From Lentisphaerae bacterium RIFOXYA12_64_32 (lineage in GTDB: Bacteria; Verrucomicrobiota; Lentisphaeria; Oligosphaerales; YB12-FULL-65-16), in NCBI GenBank assembly GCA_001803235.1, contig MHBL01000459.1, positions 4,840 to 68,839 on the forward strand: a stretch of 64,000 bases of DNA, written 5' to 3'. The position numbers and the translations under genes are program-made. The notes under the pieces were generated by a model. That model saw only the letters and a list, made by a program, of their open reading frames with translations, was not told the origin of the DNA and searched no databases. Shown here piece by piece: positions 19,005-29,320 of the stretch (position 1 is the first letter of the stretch; each line of letters starts with the position of its first letter).

Positions 19005-20384
19005 TTGTCAGCGTCACGTTTTCCCCTAGTCCCTAGCGAGGTGCCCCGCGTAGAAACGAAGCACCGGCGGATTGTCACGGCGATTCCCGTGCCGCAGGCC
19101 CTGCCGGTGCTGGAGACGTTGGCGCGCTGCGAATCGGTCGCCATGCACGGGCAGTTGCCGGTGGTCTGGGACACGGCGGAAGGTTTTCAGGTGCGCGATG
19201 TGTGGGGGAACCAGTGGATCGACTTCACCTCGACGATCTTCGTGGCCAACGCCGGGCACGCGAACCCAAGGATCGTCGCCGCCCTGCGCCGAGTGCTGGA
19301 CAAGCCCCTGCTGCATGCCTACAACTACGGGACGGCCATCCGGGCCGAGTACCTTCAGTACCTGATCGACCACACGCCGGCGCAGTTCGAGAAGGCCTGC
19401 CTGTTCAGTGCCGGCACCGAGGCGACGGAGGCGGCTCTGCGCCTGATGCGGCTGCACGCCGCGAAGACTGGTAAACGGCGTCCCGGGATCGTGGCCTTGG
19501 AAGGCTGCTTCCACGGCGAAACCTTGGGCGCGCGGATGCTAGGCCACAATCCGGCCAAGAAACGCTGGGTCGGGTATCTCGACCCCAATATCCACCACAT
19601 CCCTTTCCCGTATCCGTGGCGCGAACAGGCCGTGCGGCAGCCGGCAGCCTTTTTCGAGGCCACCATGGCGGAACTGCTGGCGCGGGAGGGGCTGGACCCG
19701 CAGGCCGATCTGGCCGGGTTCATGCTAGAAACCTTTCAGGGCTGGGCGGCGGCCTTCTATCCGCCCGATTATGTGCACGCCCTGCACACGTTTGCCCGCC
19801 GGCATGGCATGCTGATCACCTTTGACGAAATGCAGGCCGGTTTCGGACGGACCGGCCGGCTCTTCGGTTACATGCACTACGGCATCGAGCCGGACCTGAT
19901 GTGCTGCGGCAAGGGAGCTTCCTCCAGCGTGCCGCTGTCTCTCATTCTCGGGCCGACTTCCGTCCTGGACCTGCCCGAGCACGGCGACATGTACTCTACG
20001 CACTCCGCCAACCCCATGGCCTGCGCCGCGGGCCTGGCCAACCTGCAAGCGCTTCTGGACGACGGGCTGATTGAGAATGCCGCCCGTCTCGGTGCGGTGT
20101 TCCACGCGAAACTGGAGGCCTTGCAGGAACGGTACCCTTGCCTCATCTCGCGTGTGTGCGGTAAAGGTCTGATTGCGGCGGTGATCTTCACCGACCCCGC
20201 TGGCGCGCCGCTGGCGCCGCTCTGCGACCGGATCGCCGAACTGGCCATGCAGCGTGGACTGCTTGTGGTCCACACGGGGCGTGAGTCGATCAAATTGGCG
20301 CCCCCGCTCTGCATTACGGAAGAGGCGTTGACCGAGGGAATAGATGTGTTGGAGTCCTGCGTCCGCGATCTGACCGGAGGCTGA
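19005..20384 (+). CDS. Class III PLP aminotransferase
   Basis: DVWGNQWIDFTS, SAGTEATEAALR, FHGETLGA, DEMQAGFGRTG, CGKG, STHSANP. Confidence 0.88.
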   Translation: MSASRFPLVPSEVPRVETKHRRIVTAIPVPQALPVLETLARCESVAMHGQLPVVWDTAEGFQVRDVWGNQWIDFTSTIFVANAGHANPRIVAALRRVLDKPLLHAYNYGTAIRAEYLQYLIDHTPAQFEKACLFSAGTEATEAALRLMRLHAAKTGKRRPGIVALEGCFHGETLGARMLGHNPAKKRWVGYLDPNIHHIPFPYPWREQAVRQPAAFFEATMAELLAREGLDPQADLAGFMLETFQGWAAAFYPPDYVHALHTFARRHGMLITFDEMQAGFGRTGRLFGYMHYGIEPDLMCCGKGASSSVPLSLILGPTSVLDLPEHGDMYSTHSANPMACAAGLANLQALLDDGLIENAARLGAVFHAKLEALQERYPCLISRVCGKGLIAAVIFTDPAGAPLAPLCDRIAELAMQRGLLVVHTGRESIKLAPPLCITEEALTEGIDVLESCVRDLTGG

Positions 20385-20387
20385 CAA

Positions 20388-20831
20388 GTGGTCCGTGCCG
20401 TGCGACACTTTGGGATCGTGGTGCGAGACATGCAGGCCATGCTGCGCTTCTACCGCGACCTTCTCGGTCTGACAGTCCAGCGGGACGCACTGGAGTCTGG
20501 CGTGTTTGTCGACACCCTTCTGGGGCTGCCGGGAGTTGAGGTGCGTACAGTCAAGCTGGGTCTTGGCACTTCCGGCGCAGTGGTCGAGCTGCTCGAATTC
20601 CGCTCGCATCGCGAGGCGGCCCGGGCGCCGCGATGCATCTACTCGGCGGGTCCGACGCACCTGGCGTTGACGGTGGATGGCCTGGACGCGGTGTACCGCG
20701 AACTGTCCACGCGGGGCGTGCGATTCATCTCCCGTCCGCAAACGGCCCCAGACCAGGGCGCGCGCGTCGCTTTCTGCTTCGATCCGGAGGGCACGCCCGT
20801 GGAGTTGGTGGAGGTGTTCCCCGCACCATGA
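20388..20831 (+). CDS. VOC/glyoxalase family protein
   Basis: RHFGIVVRD...FYRDLLG, VELLEF, THLALTVD, FDPEGTPVELVE. Confidence 0.85.
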   Translation: MVRAVRHFGIVVRDMQAMLRFYRDLLGLTVQRDALESGVFVDTLLGLPGVEVRTVKLGLGTSGAVVELLEFRSHREAARAPRCIYSAGPTHLALTVDGLDAVYRELSTRGVRFISRPQTAPDQGARVAFCFDPEGTPVELVEVFPAP

Positions 20832-21730
20832 CGGACACTCCGAAAGGACCAGGTACGTCCAATGCGCCGTTCCACGGCGTAGGCGCTGGCTTGAGTGGGC
20901 TGGCCAACATCAACGTCGAGCTCACCAGCAGGTGCAACAAGAACTGCTGGATGTGTGGCCGGCGCAGGATCGAGCGCGAGTATCCGGAACTTGCCTTGCG
21001 CTACGGCGACATGGAGTTCGAGTTAGCGGAGAGGATCGCCGGGCAGTTGCCTCCGGGTGTCGTGGTGCAGCTCCACAACAATGGCGAACCGCTGCTATAC
21101 CCCCGCCTGGGCGAGGCCATCGCCCTGTTCCGGGATCAGATCACCCAGTTCGACACGAATGGCAAACTGCTGCTTGACAAGGCCCATGAGATCATCGGCG
21201 TCTTGGATACCATGGCCATATCCGTGATCGAGAATGATCCAGAGTCCGAGGCGCAACTGGCGATCATCGAGGAATTCCTATCGCTGAAGGGGGATCGGAA
21301 GCCTTACACGTTGTTACGACTGAACGGCGCCATCGACGAGCGCAAGTATGACAGGCTTGGCCTTGTCTACGCCAGAAGGGCGCTTCACTCGCCGATGGGA
21401 AGCTACCAGTACCAGAGAGCCGCCCCCACCGTCCCCGAGGTCGGCATATGTCTGGATTTCCTGCACCATCTGGCGATAAGCGCGGATGGCAGCGTCTCAA
21501 TCTGCGTGCGATTTGACCCGTTACGGCTTGGCGTTCTCGGAAACGTCAGGGATCGCGCCTTGGCCGAACTGTGGAACGGACCCAAGCGCGCGGAATGGCT
21601 TGAGTGCCACAAGCGGGGGCTCCGGAGTCAGGTTCCGCTGTGTTCCTACTGTCACTTCTGGGGAGTCCCCACTTCGTCGGCGGGACGTGAGTTGCCTGGG
21701 CAAGACAAAGGCGCCGCAAGTGTCCCATAA
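20828..21730 (+). CDS. Radical SAM protein with a SPASM/twitch-like C-terminus
   Basis: ELTSRCNKNCWMC (CX3CX2C), NNGEPLL, TNG, C-terminal C...AISADGSVSIC...LCSYC; ATGA overlap. Confidence 0.85.
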   Translation: MTDTPKGPGTSNAPFHGVGAGLSGLANINVELTSRCNKNCWMCGRRRIEREYPELALRYGDMEFELAERIAGQLPPGVVVQLHNNGEPLLYPRLGEAIALFRDQITQFDTNGKLLLDKAHEIIGVLDTMAISVIENDPESEAQLAIIEEFLSLKGDRKPYTLLRLNGAIDERKYDRLGLVYARRALHSPMGSYQYQRAAPTVPEVGICLDFLHHLAISADGSVSICVRFDPLRLGVLGNVRDRALAELWNGPKRAEWLECHKRGLRSQVPLCSYCHFWGVPTSSAGRELPGQDKGAASVP

Positions 21731-23339
21731 AGAGCAACTGGCACCAGTGCTTGCCGCTGACTTCCGAGAAGTGGTCGGCTTCTACCACCATGTCCTTCCG
21801 GAGCTTGCAGACTGGCTCAACAACTTCCACGGGATCGACCGGTCGCAGGAGTTCTGGAACGTGCTCCTGGGACCGGCATTGCTCAATTTCTTCTCCATCG
21901 TCAAGGGGTACGGCGCGCCGTATGATCTTGCCCGGGACGTATGCCCCAGCAGCGCGACCCCGTTTCCCCCCCCTTTCGATGCCCGGCAGGTCTACGCCAA
22001 ACTCATCGCGGGTGAGCTCGACCCGTTGCTGGGCAAGGGGGTGGAAGCCAGGATTGATCTTGCATCCGTTTTCGTTGTACCTGGACCTGGCGGGGGCTTG
22101 GACGGGCTCTTTTTCGCCCTGAACCGTAACCTGTTCTGTGCCGATTTCTTCATCCCGGCCGCTCTCGCCAGGAAGCTGCGGCTGCGGTTCGGGTCCTTCC
22201 CGTTTCTGCGGCTTCCGCCCTCGCCCGGGGTAACGGTCTGTCCCGACGCAGCCGCGCGAGGGCGGCTGGTTGATGCCTTGCTACCGAGCGCGCGGAACGA
22301 GTTTGAGGTCGAGGCGACCCGAAAGCTGTACTGGGCGTTCCCGGTCAATCTGCTGGAGCACTTTGCGGCACTGTACGGCTGGAGTGACAGGGCGTCTCGG
22401 CGTTTCCGCTGCGTGGTCGTTTCCAACCAGTACCTCTCAGACTCCCGGGTCCTCTTCATCATGGCGTGGATGCGAGAGCGCGGCGGTCTGCTGCTAGGTA
22501 GACCCCACGGTTCCACCTATGGGATGATCCCCGACTTCATGTTCGAGTACTGCGAGCGCATGATTTCTGACTACTACCTCACCTGGGGCTGGGTGGATAC
22601 CGTGCCTGGTAGCCGCGCCAAGTGCGTGCCTCTGCCGGAGCCGCGACTCAGCGTCTTTTACAATACGTACCGGGAGGCAGGCGGCCCGGTACTCTGGGTG
22701 GCCAACACATTCTACAGGCAGGTGCTTCTGTTGTCGCCGGGCTTTCCGCTGCCGTGCGAGATGGCCGCCTGGTACAAGTCCAAGGCAGACTTCCTGGATG
22801 CTGTCCCGCAGTCGCTTCAGGAGGCTCTGTTCTACCGTCCTCACCCTAGCTATCTTGTGTACGACTGGGATCGCGAGGAGAAGGAGTTCGAGGCCAGGTT
22901 CCCAGCGGATCGAGTCGTCAAGGGGAGAGACCTCCGGGAACAGATGAAGTCCAGCAGAATGGTGTTGCTGGACCACCCGGGGACGGCCCTTCAAGAGGCC
23001 ATGGCCCTGAACACACCGTGTGTCTGCTTCTGGGAACCTGAGCTTTTCGCGTTCCGCAGCGGATTTGCACAGGTGATGGACACTCTTGCGAGCGTTGGGA
23101 TCTTCCAGCCGTCTCCAGCCCGTCTGGCCACCCACCTGCGCTCGATAGAGGGAAGAGCCTCGGAGTGGTGGAATGCCGCTGAGACCCAGCAGGCCCGGCA
23201 TGTGTTCATGGAGTCTTTCGCCAGGTCTTCCCAGCACAGCACATATACCTGGCTGAACCTTTTCGACCTCTTCCGGCAGTACCTGGCCGGCAGGATGTCA
23301 AGGGAGGAATTGGACCAGCATCTTGCATCTCTGCGATGA
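21720..23339 (+). CDS. LIC12162-family putative surface-carbohydrate transferase
   Basis: LNNFHGIDRSQEFWNVLLGP, PHGSTYG, E..ISDYYLTWGW, YRPHP, DHPGTALQEAMALNTP; family assignment is from memory; GTG start inferred. Confidence 0.65.
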   Translation: MSHKEQLAPVLAADFREVVGFYHHVLPELADWLNNFHGIDRSQEFWNVLLGPALLNFFSIVKGYGAPYDLARDVCPSSATPFPPPFDARQVYAKLIAGELDPLLGKGVEARIDLASVFVVPGPGGGLDGLFFALNRNLFCADFFIPAALARKLRLRFGSFPFLRLPPSPGVTVCPDAAARGRLVDALLPSARNEFEVEATRKLYWAFPVNLLEHFAALYGWSDRASRRFRCVVVSNQYLSDSRVLFIMAWMRERGGLLLGRPHGSTYGMIPDFMFEYCERMISDYYLTWGWVDTVPGSRAKCVPLPEPRLSVFYNTYREAGGPVLWVANTFYRQVLLLSPGFPLPCEMAAWYKSKADFLDAVPQSLQEALFYRPHPSYLVYDWDREEKEFEARFPADRVVKGRDLREQMKSSRMVLLDHPGTALQEAMALNTPCVCFWEPELFAFRSGFAQVMDTLASVGIFQPSPARLATHLRSIEGRASEWWNAAETQQARHVFMESFARSSQHSTYTWLNLFDLFRQYLAGRMSREELDQHLASLR

Positions 23340-23358
23340 TGCGGGCCTTCCCGGCTCG

Positions 23359-24906
23359 ATGGATTCCGTCAAAAAACGATTTGTCGCTACGTTCTCGTCA
23401 AAGGCCGTAGCGTTTATCGTGGGCCTGGCCACGGCAGGAATCGTGCCGAGGTCGCTGGGCCCCCTCCAGTACGGCAATTACCAGTTTCTCAACAGTACCT
23501 TTCTGGAGGTTAAGAACCTGACCGACCTAGGGGTTTCAAGTGCGTTCTTCACGGATGCATGCAAGAACAAACGGACGGGAATCGTGGCCCTGCTGTTTCT
23601 GCTGTGGGAGTTGCTGCAGAATGCGGTCATTGTCACAGGTATTGCGGTGTCGGTCTATCTGGGATGGGCGGGTGAGATTTGGCCCCAGCAGGAACCCCGG
23701 ATCATCTTCTGCGTCGCCGGCGTCTCCATGCTGACCATTCTCGAAGGGAGGTTCCTAAGTCTTGCCGACGCGAAGGCGCTGACCGTCTATGCGCAAGTTG
23801 CCAAGACCGTCTGTTACCTGCTGCAAGTCGCGTTGGTGGTCTCGCTGTTCTTGGCGGACAGGCTGGACCTGAGGGCCTACATCGTTCTCAACTACGTTGT
23901 GCTCTCGGTTTCCGTAACCATCCTTTGCGTCTATTTCTTCGCGAAAAGAGACTCGCTTTTCGTCAATGACTGCACGAAGGCGGCCGTACGTGAAACCGTA
24001 CGCTACATGCGAAGCTATTGCTCGCCTTTGGCCATCTACACCATTGTGGGGTTTCTGTATGCTTTCTTCAACCGGTGGTTTCTCCAACGAACCGGCGGCG
24101 GCACGCAACATGGATACTACTCACTCGCCTTCAACGGCTCCCAGATCATCATGATCTTTTCCTGCTCGATGACCCCGATCTTCTGGCGGGAGATGTCGGC
24201 CTCGTTCGGCGACGGTGACTTCGGCCGGATTCGACAGTTCTTCGAGAAGAATCACAAACTGTTCTTCTCCATCACTTGTTTCATCTCGGCATTCATGTGT
24301 ATCCAGGCCGCATTCATTGTCAGACTGTTCGCCGGAGAGTCTTTTTCGGCAGCGGTGTGGCCGTTCATGCTCATGGTGTTCTACCCCGCCCATCAGACTT
24401 TCGGCCAGTTGGGGGGGACGATGTTCCTAGCCACCGACCGAACCCTGCAGTTGCGGAACATTGCGACTCTCTGCATGGTTGCGGGCGCAGCCTTGACCTA
24501 TTTCCTGGTTGCACCCCGCGTGGGTCGGGTCCCTGGCCTGGGCTTGGGATCGCTGGGCTTGGCGATCCAGATGCTCCTGTTCCAGGTGGTCTACGTGAAT
24601 GTCCTGCTCTTCTCTAACTGCCGGTACTTGTCCCTGTCCTACCCGCACTATCTCTGGTATCAGGTCTGGGTCATCGCCCTGTTCCTTCTGTTGGCCGCTT
24701 TGTCGAGTGCCCTCGGTTTTTCGGTGTCTTCCTTCCTGCCCTTGCCGAAGAATGCGGCGGGCATGGTGGCGTTCGTTGCCTCTGGCACAATCTACGCGGC
24801 CTTGGGCATGTTGAGCGTCTTGAGCTACCCTGCGATCTGTGGCGTCGAGCGAGAGGAAATGCGCTCGATCCTTGGGAAGATTCTCGCCGTCAGGATCATT
24901 CGGTGA
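23359..24906 (+). CDS. wzx: Wzx-type polysaccharide flippase
   Basis: [21 protein letters not shown], multiple hydrophobic segments, GYYSLAF. Confidence 0.8.
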   Translation: MDSVKKRFVATFSSKAVAFIVGLATAGIVPRSLGPLQYGNYQFLNSTFLEVKNLTDLGVSSAFFTDACKNKRTGIVALLFLLWELLQNAVIVTGIAVSVYLGWAGEIWPQQEPRIIFCVAGVSMLTILEGRFLSLADAKALTVYAQVAKTVCYLLQVALVVSLFLADRLDLRAYIVLNYVVLSVSVTILCVYFFAKRDSLFVNDCTKAAVRETVRYMRSYCSPLAIYTIVGFLYAFFNRWFLQRTGGGTQHGYYSLAFNGSQIIMIFSCSMTPIFWREMSASFGDGDFGRIRQFFEKNHKLFFSITCFISAFMCIQAAFIVRLFAGESFSAAVWPFMLMVFYPAHQTFGQLGGTMFLATDRTLQLRNIATLCMVAGAALTYFLVAPRVGRVPGLGLGSLGLAIQMLLFQVVYVNVLLFSNCRYLSLSYPHYLWYQVWVIALFLLLAALSSALGFSVSSFLPLPKNAAGMVAFVASGTIYAALGMLSVLSYPAICGVEREEMRSILGKILAVRIIR

Positions 24907-25027
24907 GTCTGCTTGTGCATGCTGTCGCCAGGTTGCGGCCTTCTCTGGGATTGAGGCCTTGGCTCGTAGCCGGTGGTCTCGGTGCAGGGCGAAGGCAGGA
25001 GGTGGCTACCATGGAGGGGCCAGGAGA

Positions 25028-26635
25028 ATGACGGATGCGAGGAAAACCGCCCGGTTGCGGCAGTTGATCGCGCGCCCCGAACTGACGTTCCTGATGGAGG
25101 CGCACAATGGCCTTTCGGCCCGAATCGCGCAGGACGTCGGGTTTGAGGGACTTTGGGCCAGCGGCTTGAGTATCTCGGCGGCTCTGGGTGTCCGCGACAA
25201 CAATGAGGCCAGTTGGACGCAAGTGCTGGAAGTGGTCGAGTTCATGAGCGATGCCACGCAGATCCCGATTCTGCTCGACGGCGACACGGGCTACGGGAAC
25301 TTCAACAATGTCCGCCGCCTGGTCCGCAAACTCGAGCAGCGCCAGGTGGCGGGTGTGTGCATCGAGGACAAGCTCTTCCCCAAGACCAACTCCTACATCC
25401 GCGGCGAACAGCAACCCCTGGCGGATGTCGACGAGTTCTGCGGCCGGATCGCGGCCGGCAAGGACGCGCAGACGGATCCAGACTTCGTCATTGTGGCCCG
25501 GACGGAGGCCTTCATCGCCGGGTGGGGGCTGGACGAGGCCTTGCGTCGAGCCGAGGCGTATCGCCGAGCCGGAGCCGACGCCATCCTGGTTCACAGCAAG
25601 AAGAGTACGGCGTCGGATATCGAGTTGTTCATGAAGGAGTGGCAGCGTCGGCTGCCGGTGATCATTGTGCCGACGACCTACTACTCGACGCCTACGGAGC
25701 GGTTTCGCGAGTTGGGCGTGGCCGCGGTCATCTGGGCCAACCACGGGTTGCGAGGGGCGTTGTGGGCCATGCAGGACGTGTACCGGCAGATACATCGCGA
25801 CCAGTCGCTGGTCAACGTTGAGGACCGTGTTGCACCGATGGCGGATGTCTTTCGGCTCCAGGGCGCTCAGGAACTGCTGGAGGACGAACGGCGTTACCTG
25901 CCCTCCCGTACCGGACAGTACCGGGCCGTCATCCTGGCGGCTGGCCAGGGGGCCGAACTGGACACGTTGACCCGCGACCAGCCAAAGTGCCTCTTGCCGA
26001 TCAACAACAAGCCGGTGCTCACGACCCTGATTGGGTGTTTCAACGAGGTGGGGGTCAAGGACGTCGTCGTGGTTCGCGGCTTCGGCAAGGAACTGCTCGT
26101 GGGGCCGAACTACCGCTGGATTGACAACGACGAACACGCCACGACGCGCGATCTGTACTCGCTCTACCTGGCGCGCGGGGAATTGGACGGTCCGGTGCTG
26201 ATCTCCTACGGAGACATCATTCTCCGCAAGTACCTGGTGGAAGACTTGCTCAATATGCCTGGCGGGGTGGCTGTGGTCATTGACGCCGACCTGCGCGCTG
26301 GCGGCAAGCGACGTGATCTGGCGCTCTGCAGCGAGCCCTACTCAAACGCGTTCTTCAATCGGCGAATCCAACTGCGGCGTGTCTGGTCGGGAAGTGACAT
26401 CTCGTCGGCCCATGGCCAGTGGCCGGGCATCCTGGCGGCCACAGCGACCGGCACGGAGAGCCTGCGCCGCACGCTTAACCGGATGGCCGAGACGCGCGAC
26501 ATCCGCAGTCTGTCCGTCACCGATCTGCTTCAGGAGTTGACCGCGGAGACGGTCGTTGACGTTGTCTACTGCAAGGGCGGCTGGATCGGCATCAATGATG
26601 TCAGTGACTACCAACAAGCCGGGCGATTCCAGTGA
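25028..26635 (+). CDS. pepM: Phosphoenolpyruvate mutase fused to a C-terminal NTP-transferase (cytidylyltransferase-like) domain
   Basis: [27 protein letters not shown], signature [25 protein letters not shown]; then AVILAAGQG...PKCLL...ISYGDI...WIGIND; AGGAG RBS. Confidence 0.95.
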   Translation: MTDARKTARLRQLIARPELTFLMEAHNGLSARIAQDVGFEGLWASGLSISAALGVRDNNEASWTQVLEVVEFMSDATQIPILLDGDTGYGNFNNVRRLVRKLEQRQVAGVCIEDKLFPKTNSYIRGEQQPLADVDEFCGRIAAGKDAQTDPDFVIVARTEAFIAGWGLDEALRRAEAYRRAGADAILVHSKKSTASDIELFMKEWQRRLPVIIVPTTYYSTPTERFRELGVAAVIWANHGLRGALWAMQDVYRQIHRDQSLVNVEDRVAPMADVFRLQGAQELLEDERRYLPSRTGQYRAVILAAGQGAELDTLTRDQPKCLLPINNKPVLTTLIGCFNEVGVKDVVVVRGFGKELLVGPNYRWIDNDEHATTRDLYSLYLARGELDGPVLISYGDIILRKYLVEDLLNMPGGVAVVIDADLRAGGKRRDLALCSEPYSNAFFNRRIQLRRVWSGSDISSAHGQWPGILAATATGTESLRRTLNRMAETRDIRSLSVTDLLQELTAETVVDVVYCKGGWIGINDVSDYQQAGRFQ

Positions 26636-27774
26636 TCAATACGGCACAATTCGGCGACTTGCTTCGGTCTTACGGCTATGACTTCTGCACGGGCGTGCCC
26701 TGCTCATTCCTCAAGGGGCTGATCAACGATGCCCTGAACCAGACGGATTACATCATAGCGCCCAACGAAGGGGAAGCCGTGGCGATTGCCTCGGGGGCCT
26801 GGCTGGGAGGGCGAAAGCCGGTCGTGCTTCTCCAGAATTCAGGGCTGGGCAATGCGGTCAACCCGCTCAGTTCGCTGAACTACGTCTTCCGTATTCCCGT
26901 GCTGGGTTTCGTCAGTCTACGTGGCGAACCGGGCCAGAAGGATGAACCGCAACACGTGCTGATGGGGCAGATCACGACCGGGATGCTGGACCTGCTGCGC
27001 ATTCGGTGGGAATTCCTCGACCCGGATATCACTACGGCAGCAGGCCAACTCGCCCGCGCGGACGCGGCCGTGGCAGAGAGAGAGTCATTCTTTTTCGTGG
27101 TCCGCAGGAAGACGTTCACCGACGTGCCCTTGGCGCCCAGAGTGCAGGTGGTGCAACCGCGCTCCGTGCCGGGGGTGGCAGATGATGTTGGTCCGCGACC
27201 GAGCCGCGTGCTGGTTCTGAGGACTGTTCTGGAGTATGCCGGTGACGCCGTGATCATTGCCACGACGGGGTACACGGGCCGGGAACTCTACGAACTGGGG
27301 GACCGGAAGCAGAATTTCTACATGGTTGGCTCCATGGGGTGTGCCAGTTCACTGGGCCTGGGCTTGGCTCTGGCGCAACCGCGGCGCAGAGTCATCGTGC
27401 TGGACGGCGACGGCGCAGCTTTGATGCGGCTTGGAGCTTTGACGACCCTCGGTTGCTGTGCCCCGGCAAACCTGCTTCATCTGGTCTTGGACAATGGCTG
27501 CTACGAGTCCACCGGCGCCCAGCAGACGGTCTCGGCCAGCGTGGATTTCGCCGGGGTCGCGGCGGCATGTGGATACCCGCTGGCAGAATCGCTGCCTTCG
27601 CTGTCCAGTTTTTCAGAGTTTGTCAGGATCTGGATGAACAACTCTGCTCCCCAGCTTGCCCTCGGGCGGATTCGGATTGCCGTCGGAGCGGCAGTGGGTT
27701 TGTCGCGGCCGACCCTGTCTCCCCCGGACGTCGCCGAGCGGCTGCGCGGCAGTGCGGGGGTGTCCTCGGAATGA
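26632..27774 (+). CDS. ppd: Phosphonopyruvate decarboxylase
   Basis: [62 protein letters not shown], ThDP motif [20 protein letters not shown]. Confidence 0.93.
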   Translation: MINTAQFGDLLRSYGYDFCTGVPCSFLKGLINDALNQTDYIIAPNEGEAVAIASGAWLGGRKPVVLLQNSGLGNAVNPLSSLNYVFRIPVLGFVSLRGEPGQKDEPQHVLMGQITTGMLDLLRIRWEFLDPDITTAAGQLARADAAVAERESFFFVVRRKTFTDVPLAPRVQVVQPRSVPGVADDVGPRPSRVLVLRTVLEYAGDAVIIATTGYTGRELYELGDRKQNFYMVGSMGCASSLGLGLALAQPRRRVIVLDGDGAALMRLGALTTLGCCAPANLLHLVLDNGCYESTGAQQTVSASVDFAGVAAACGYPLAESLPSLSSFSEFVRIWMNNSAPQLALGRIRIAVGAAVGLSRPTLSPPDVAERLRGSAGVSSE

Positions 27775-27877
27775 GCCGAACGGATGGAGTTGTGGTCACT
27801 TGTTGTGGCGCCGGGAGTCTGTGCCGGCCGCGGAGCTGAGGTCGAGTATCAGTCCGGGACAGTTGAAAGAACCGCGG

Positions 27878-29314
27878 ATGAAGACGCCGAAAGTCATGCT
27901 GGTTTGTCCGCCCAGGACCATTCTCAGGTCCAGCGTGAAGCGATGCTGCACTCCGATTGGCCTCGCGTATGTTGCGGCGGTCCTTGAGAAGAACGAAGTG
28001 GAAGTCCAAGTTCTGGACGCCTTTGCGGAAGGCTATGACACCGAAGAGGACGTGGGGGGTGGCTATGTGAAGGTCGGGCTGTCGGCCGTCGACATACAGC
28101 AACGTATTTCGGCCTTCTCGCCGGACTTTGTGGGCGTGACCTGCGCTTTCACCAGCGAGATAGGCAACGCCACCGACGTCTGCAGGTTGGTCAAGAAGCA
28201 GGATCCCCGGATTTCCGTGGTCCTCGGCGGATTGCATCCAACCAACTACCCTCTTGAAACGTTGGCAATGTGTCCGGAGATCGACTTTATCATCCTGGGG
28301 GAAGGCGAGTTCAGGATGCTGAAACTTGTGCGGGGCGAAAGGGATTTCGACGGCCTTGTCGACGGCAAGACTCACACGGTGAACCTGCCACGAACGCGTA
28401 TCGAGAATCTGGACGAGCTGCCGTTCCCCGCAAGGCACTTGCTGAAGATGGATCTCTACCTGAAGATCAACAAACACATCTCCCCATACCCCAGAAAGCA
28501 ACGTACGGAGCAAATTCTGACCAGTCGAGGGTGTCCCGGGCAGTGTGTGTTCTGCACCAGCAGCAGGTTCTGGGGCGCGAAGTTCAGGAAGCGCAGTCCT
28601 GAGAATGTGATCGAGGAGATGAAATACCTCATCAAAGAGTACGGAGTCGAGGAGTTTCAGTTTACGGACGACAGCATGACTCTGGATCGAGCGCGGGCGA
28701 TGCGGATATTCGAGATGATGGAACCGCTGGATGTGATCTTCTGCATGGCCAACGGGACCTTTGTCAACTCCCTGGACGAGGAGCTGATCCGGCACATGCG
28801 AAGGGCGGGGTGTTACCAGATCACCTTCTCCGTCGAGAGCGGGAGCAAAAGAAGTCTTGAGTTGATGAGAAAGCACGTGAACCTCGACCGGGTCAAGCCG
28901 CTGGTCCGATGCTCGCAGCGTTTAGGCATAAGCTGTCACGCCACCTTCGTCCTTGGCATCCCCGGTGAGGCGCCAGAGGACATCAGGGCATCCTTCAGGT
29001 TCGCGGCTAACTGCGATTTTGACTCGGCGTCCTTCTTTGTCGTCTCGCCGCTTCCCGGATCGGAACTCTACGATCTGTGTGTGCAGCAGAATTACCTCAC
29101 CGATACGTCGTTTGACAAGATGGACTTCAAGTCCGCGAAGATCAACAACCCGTCTCTGCCGCCGCTGCTTCTGGAGCGGTTGATCATCAACCAGAACACC
29201 CTTTTCATTGTGAAGTATCTTGTGAGGCACCCCGTTAAGTTTTTCAGAAAGTACGGGCTTTTCATGTTGAACAATCCGCGCGAGATCCCCAAGGTATTCG
29301 GGAGGGTCACCTGA
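27878..29314 (+). CDS. Cobalamin-binding radical SAM protein (class B methyltransferase-like) #1
   Basis: PIGLAYVAAVLE, GGLHPT, GEGE, LPFPARHL, TSRGCPGQCVFC, RSPENVIEE, FTDD, VESG. Confidence 0.9.
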   Translation: MKTPKVMLVCPPRTILRSSVKRCCTPIGLAYVAAVLEKNEVEVQVLDAFAEGYDTEEDVGGGYVKVGLSAVDIQQRISAFSPDFVGVTCAFTSEIGNATDVCRLVKKQDPRISVVLGGLHPTNYPLETLAMCPEIDFIILGEGEFRMLKLVRGERDFDGLVDGKTHTVNLPRTRIENLDELPFPARHLLKMDLYLKINKHISPYPRKQRTEQILTSRGCPGQCVFCTSSRFWGAKFRKRSPENVIEEMKYLIKEYGVEEFQFTDDSMTLDRARAMRIFEMMEPLDVIFCMANGTFVNSLDEELIRHMRRAGCYQITFSVESGSKRSLELMRKHVNLDRVKPLVRCSQRLGISCHATFVLGIPGEAPEDIRASFRFAANCDFDSASFFVVSPLPGSELYDLCVQQNYLTDTSFDKMDFKSAKINNPSLPPLLLERLIINQNTLFIVKYLVRHPVKFFRKYGLFMLNNPREIPKVFGRVT

Positions 29315-29320
29315 TTGACG

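Noticed and set aside
21966-21973. C8 tract in the LIC12162-like gene as a phase-variation switch
   Set aside because: Similar G7-G9/C8 runs occur in unrelated places (e.g. 1017-1024, 3896-3903, 17134-17140, 62285-62293), consistent with background; the frame is intact.
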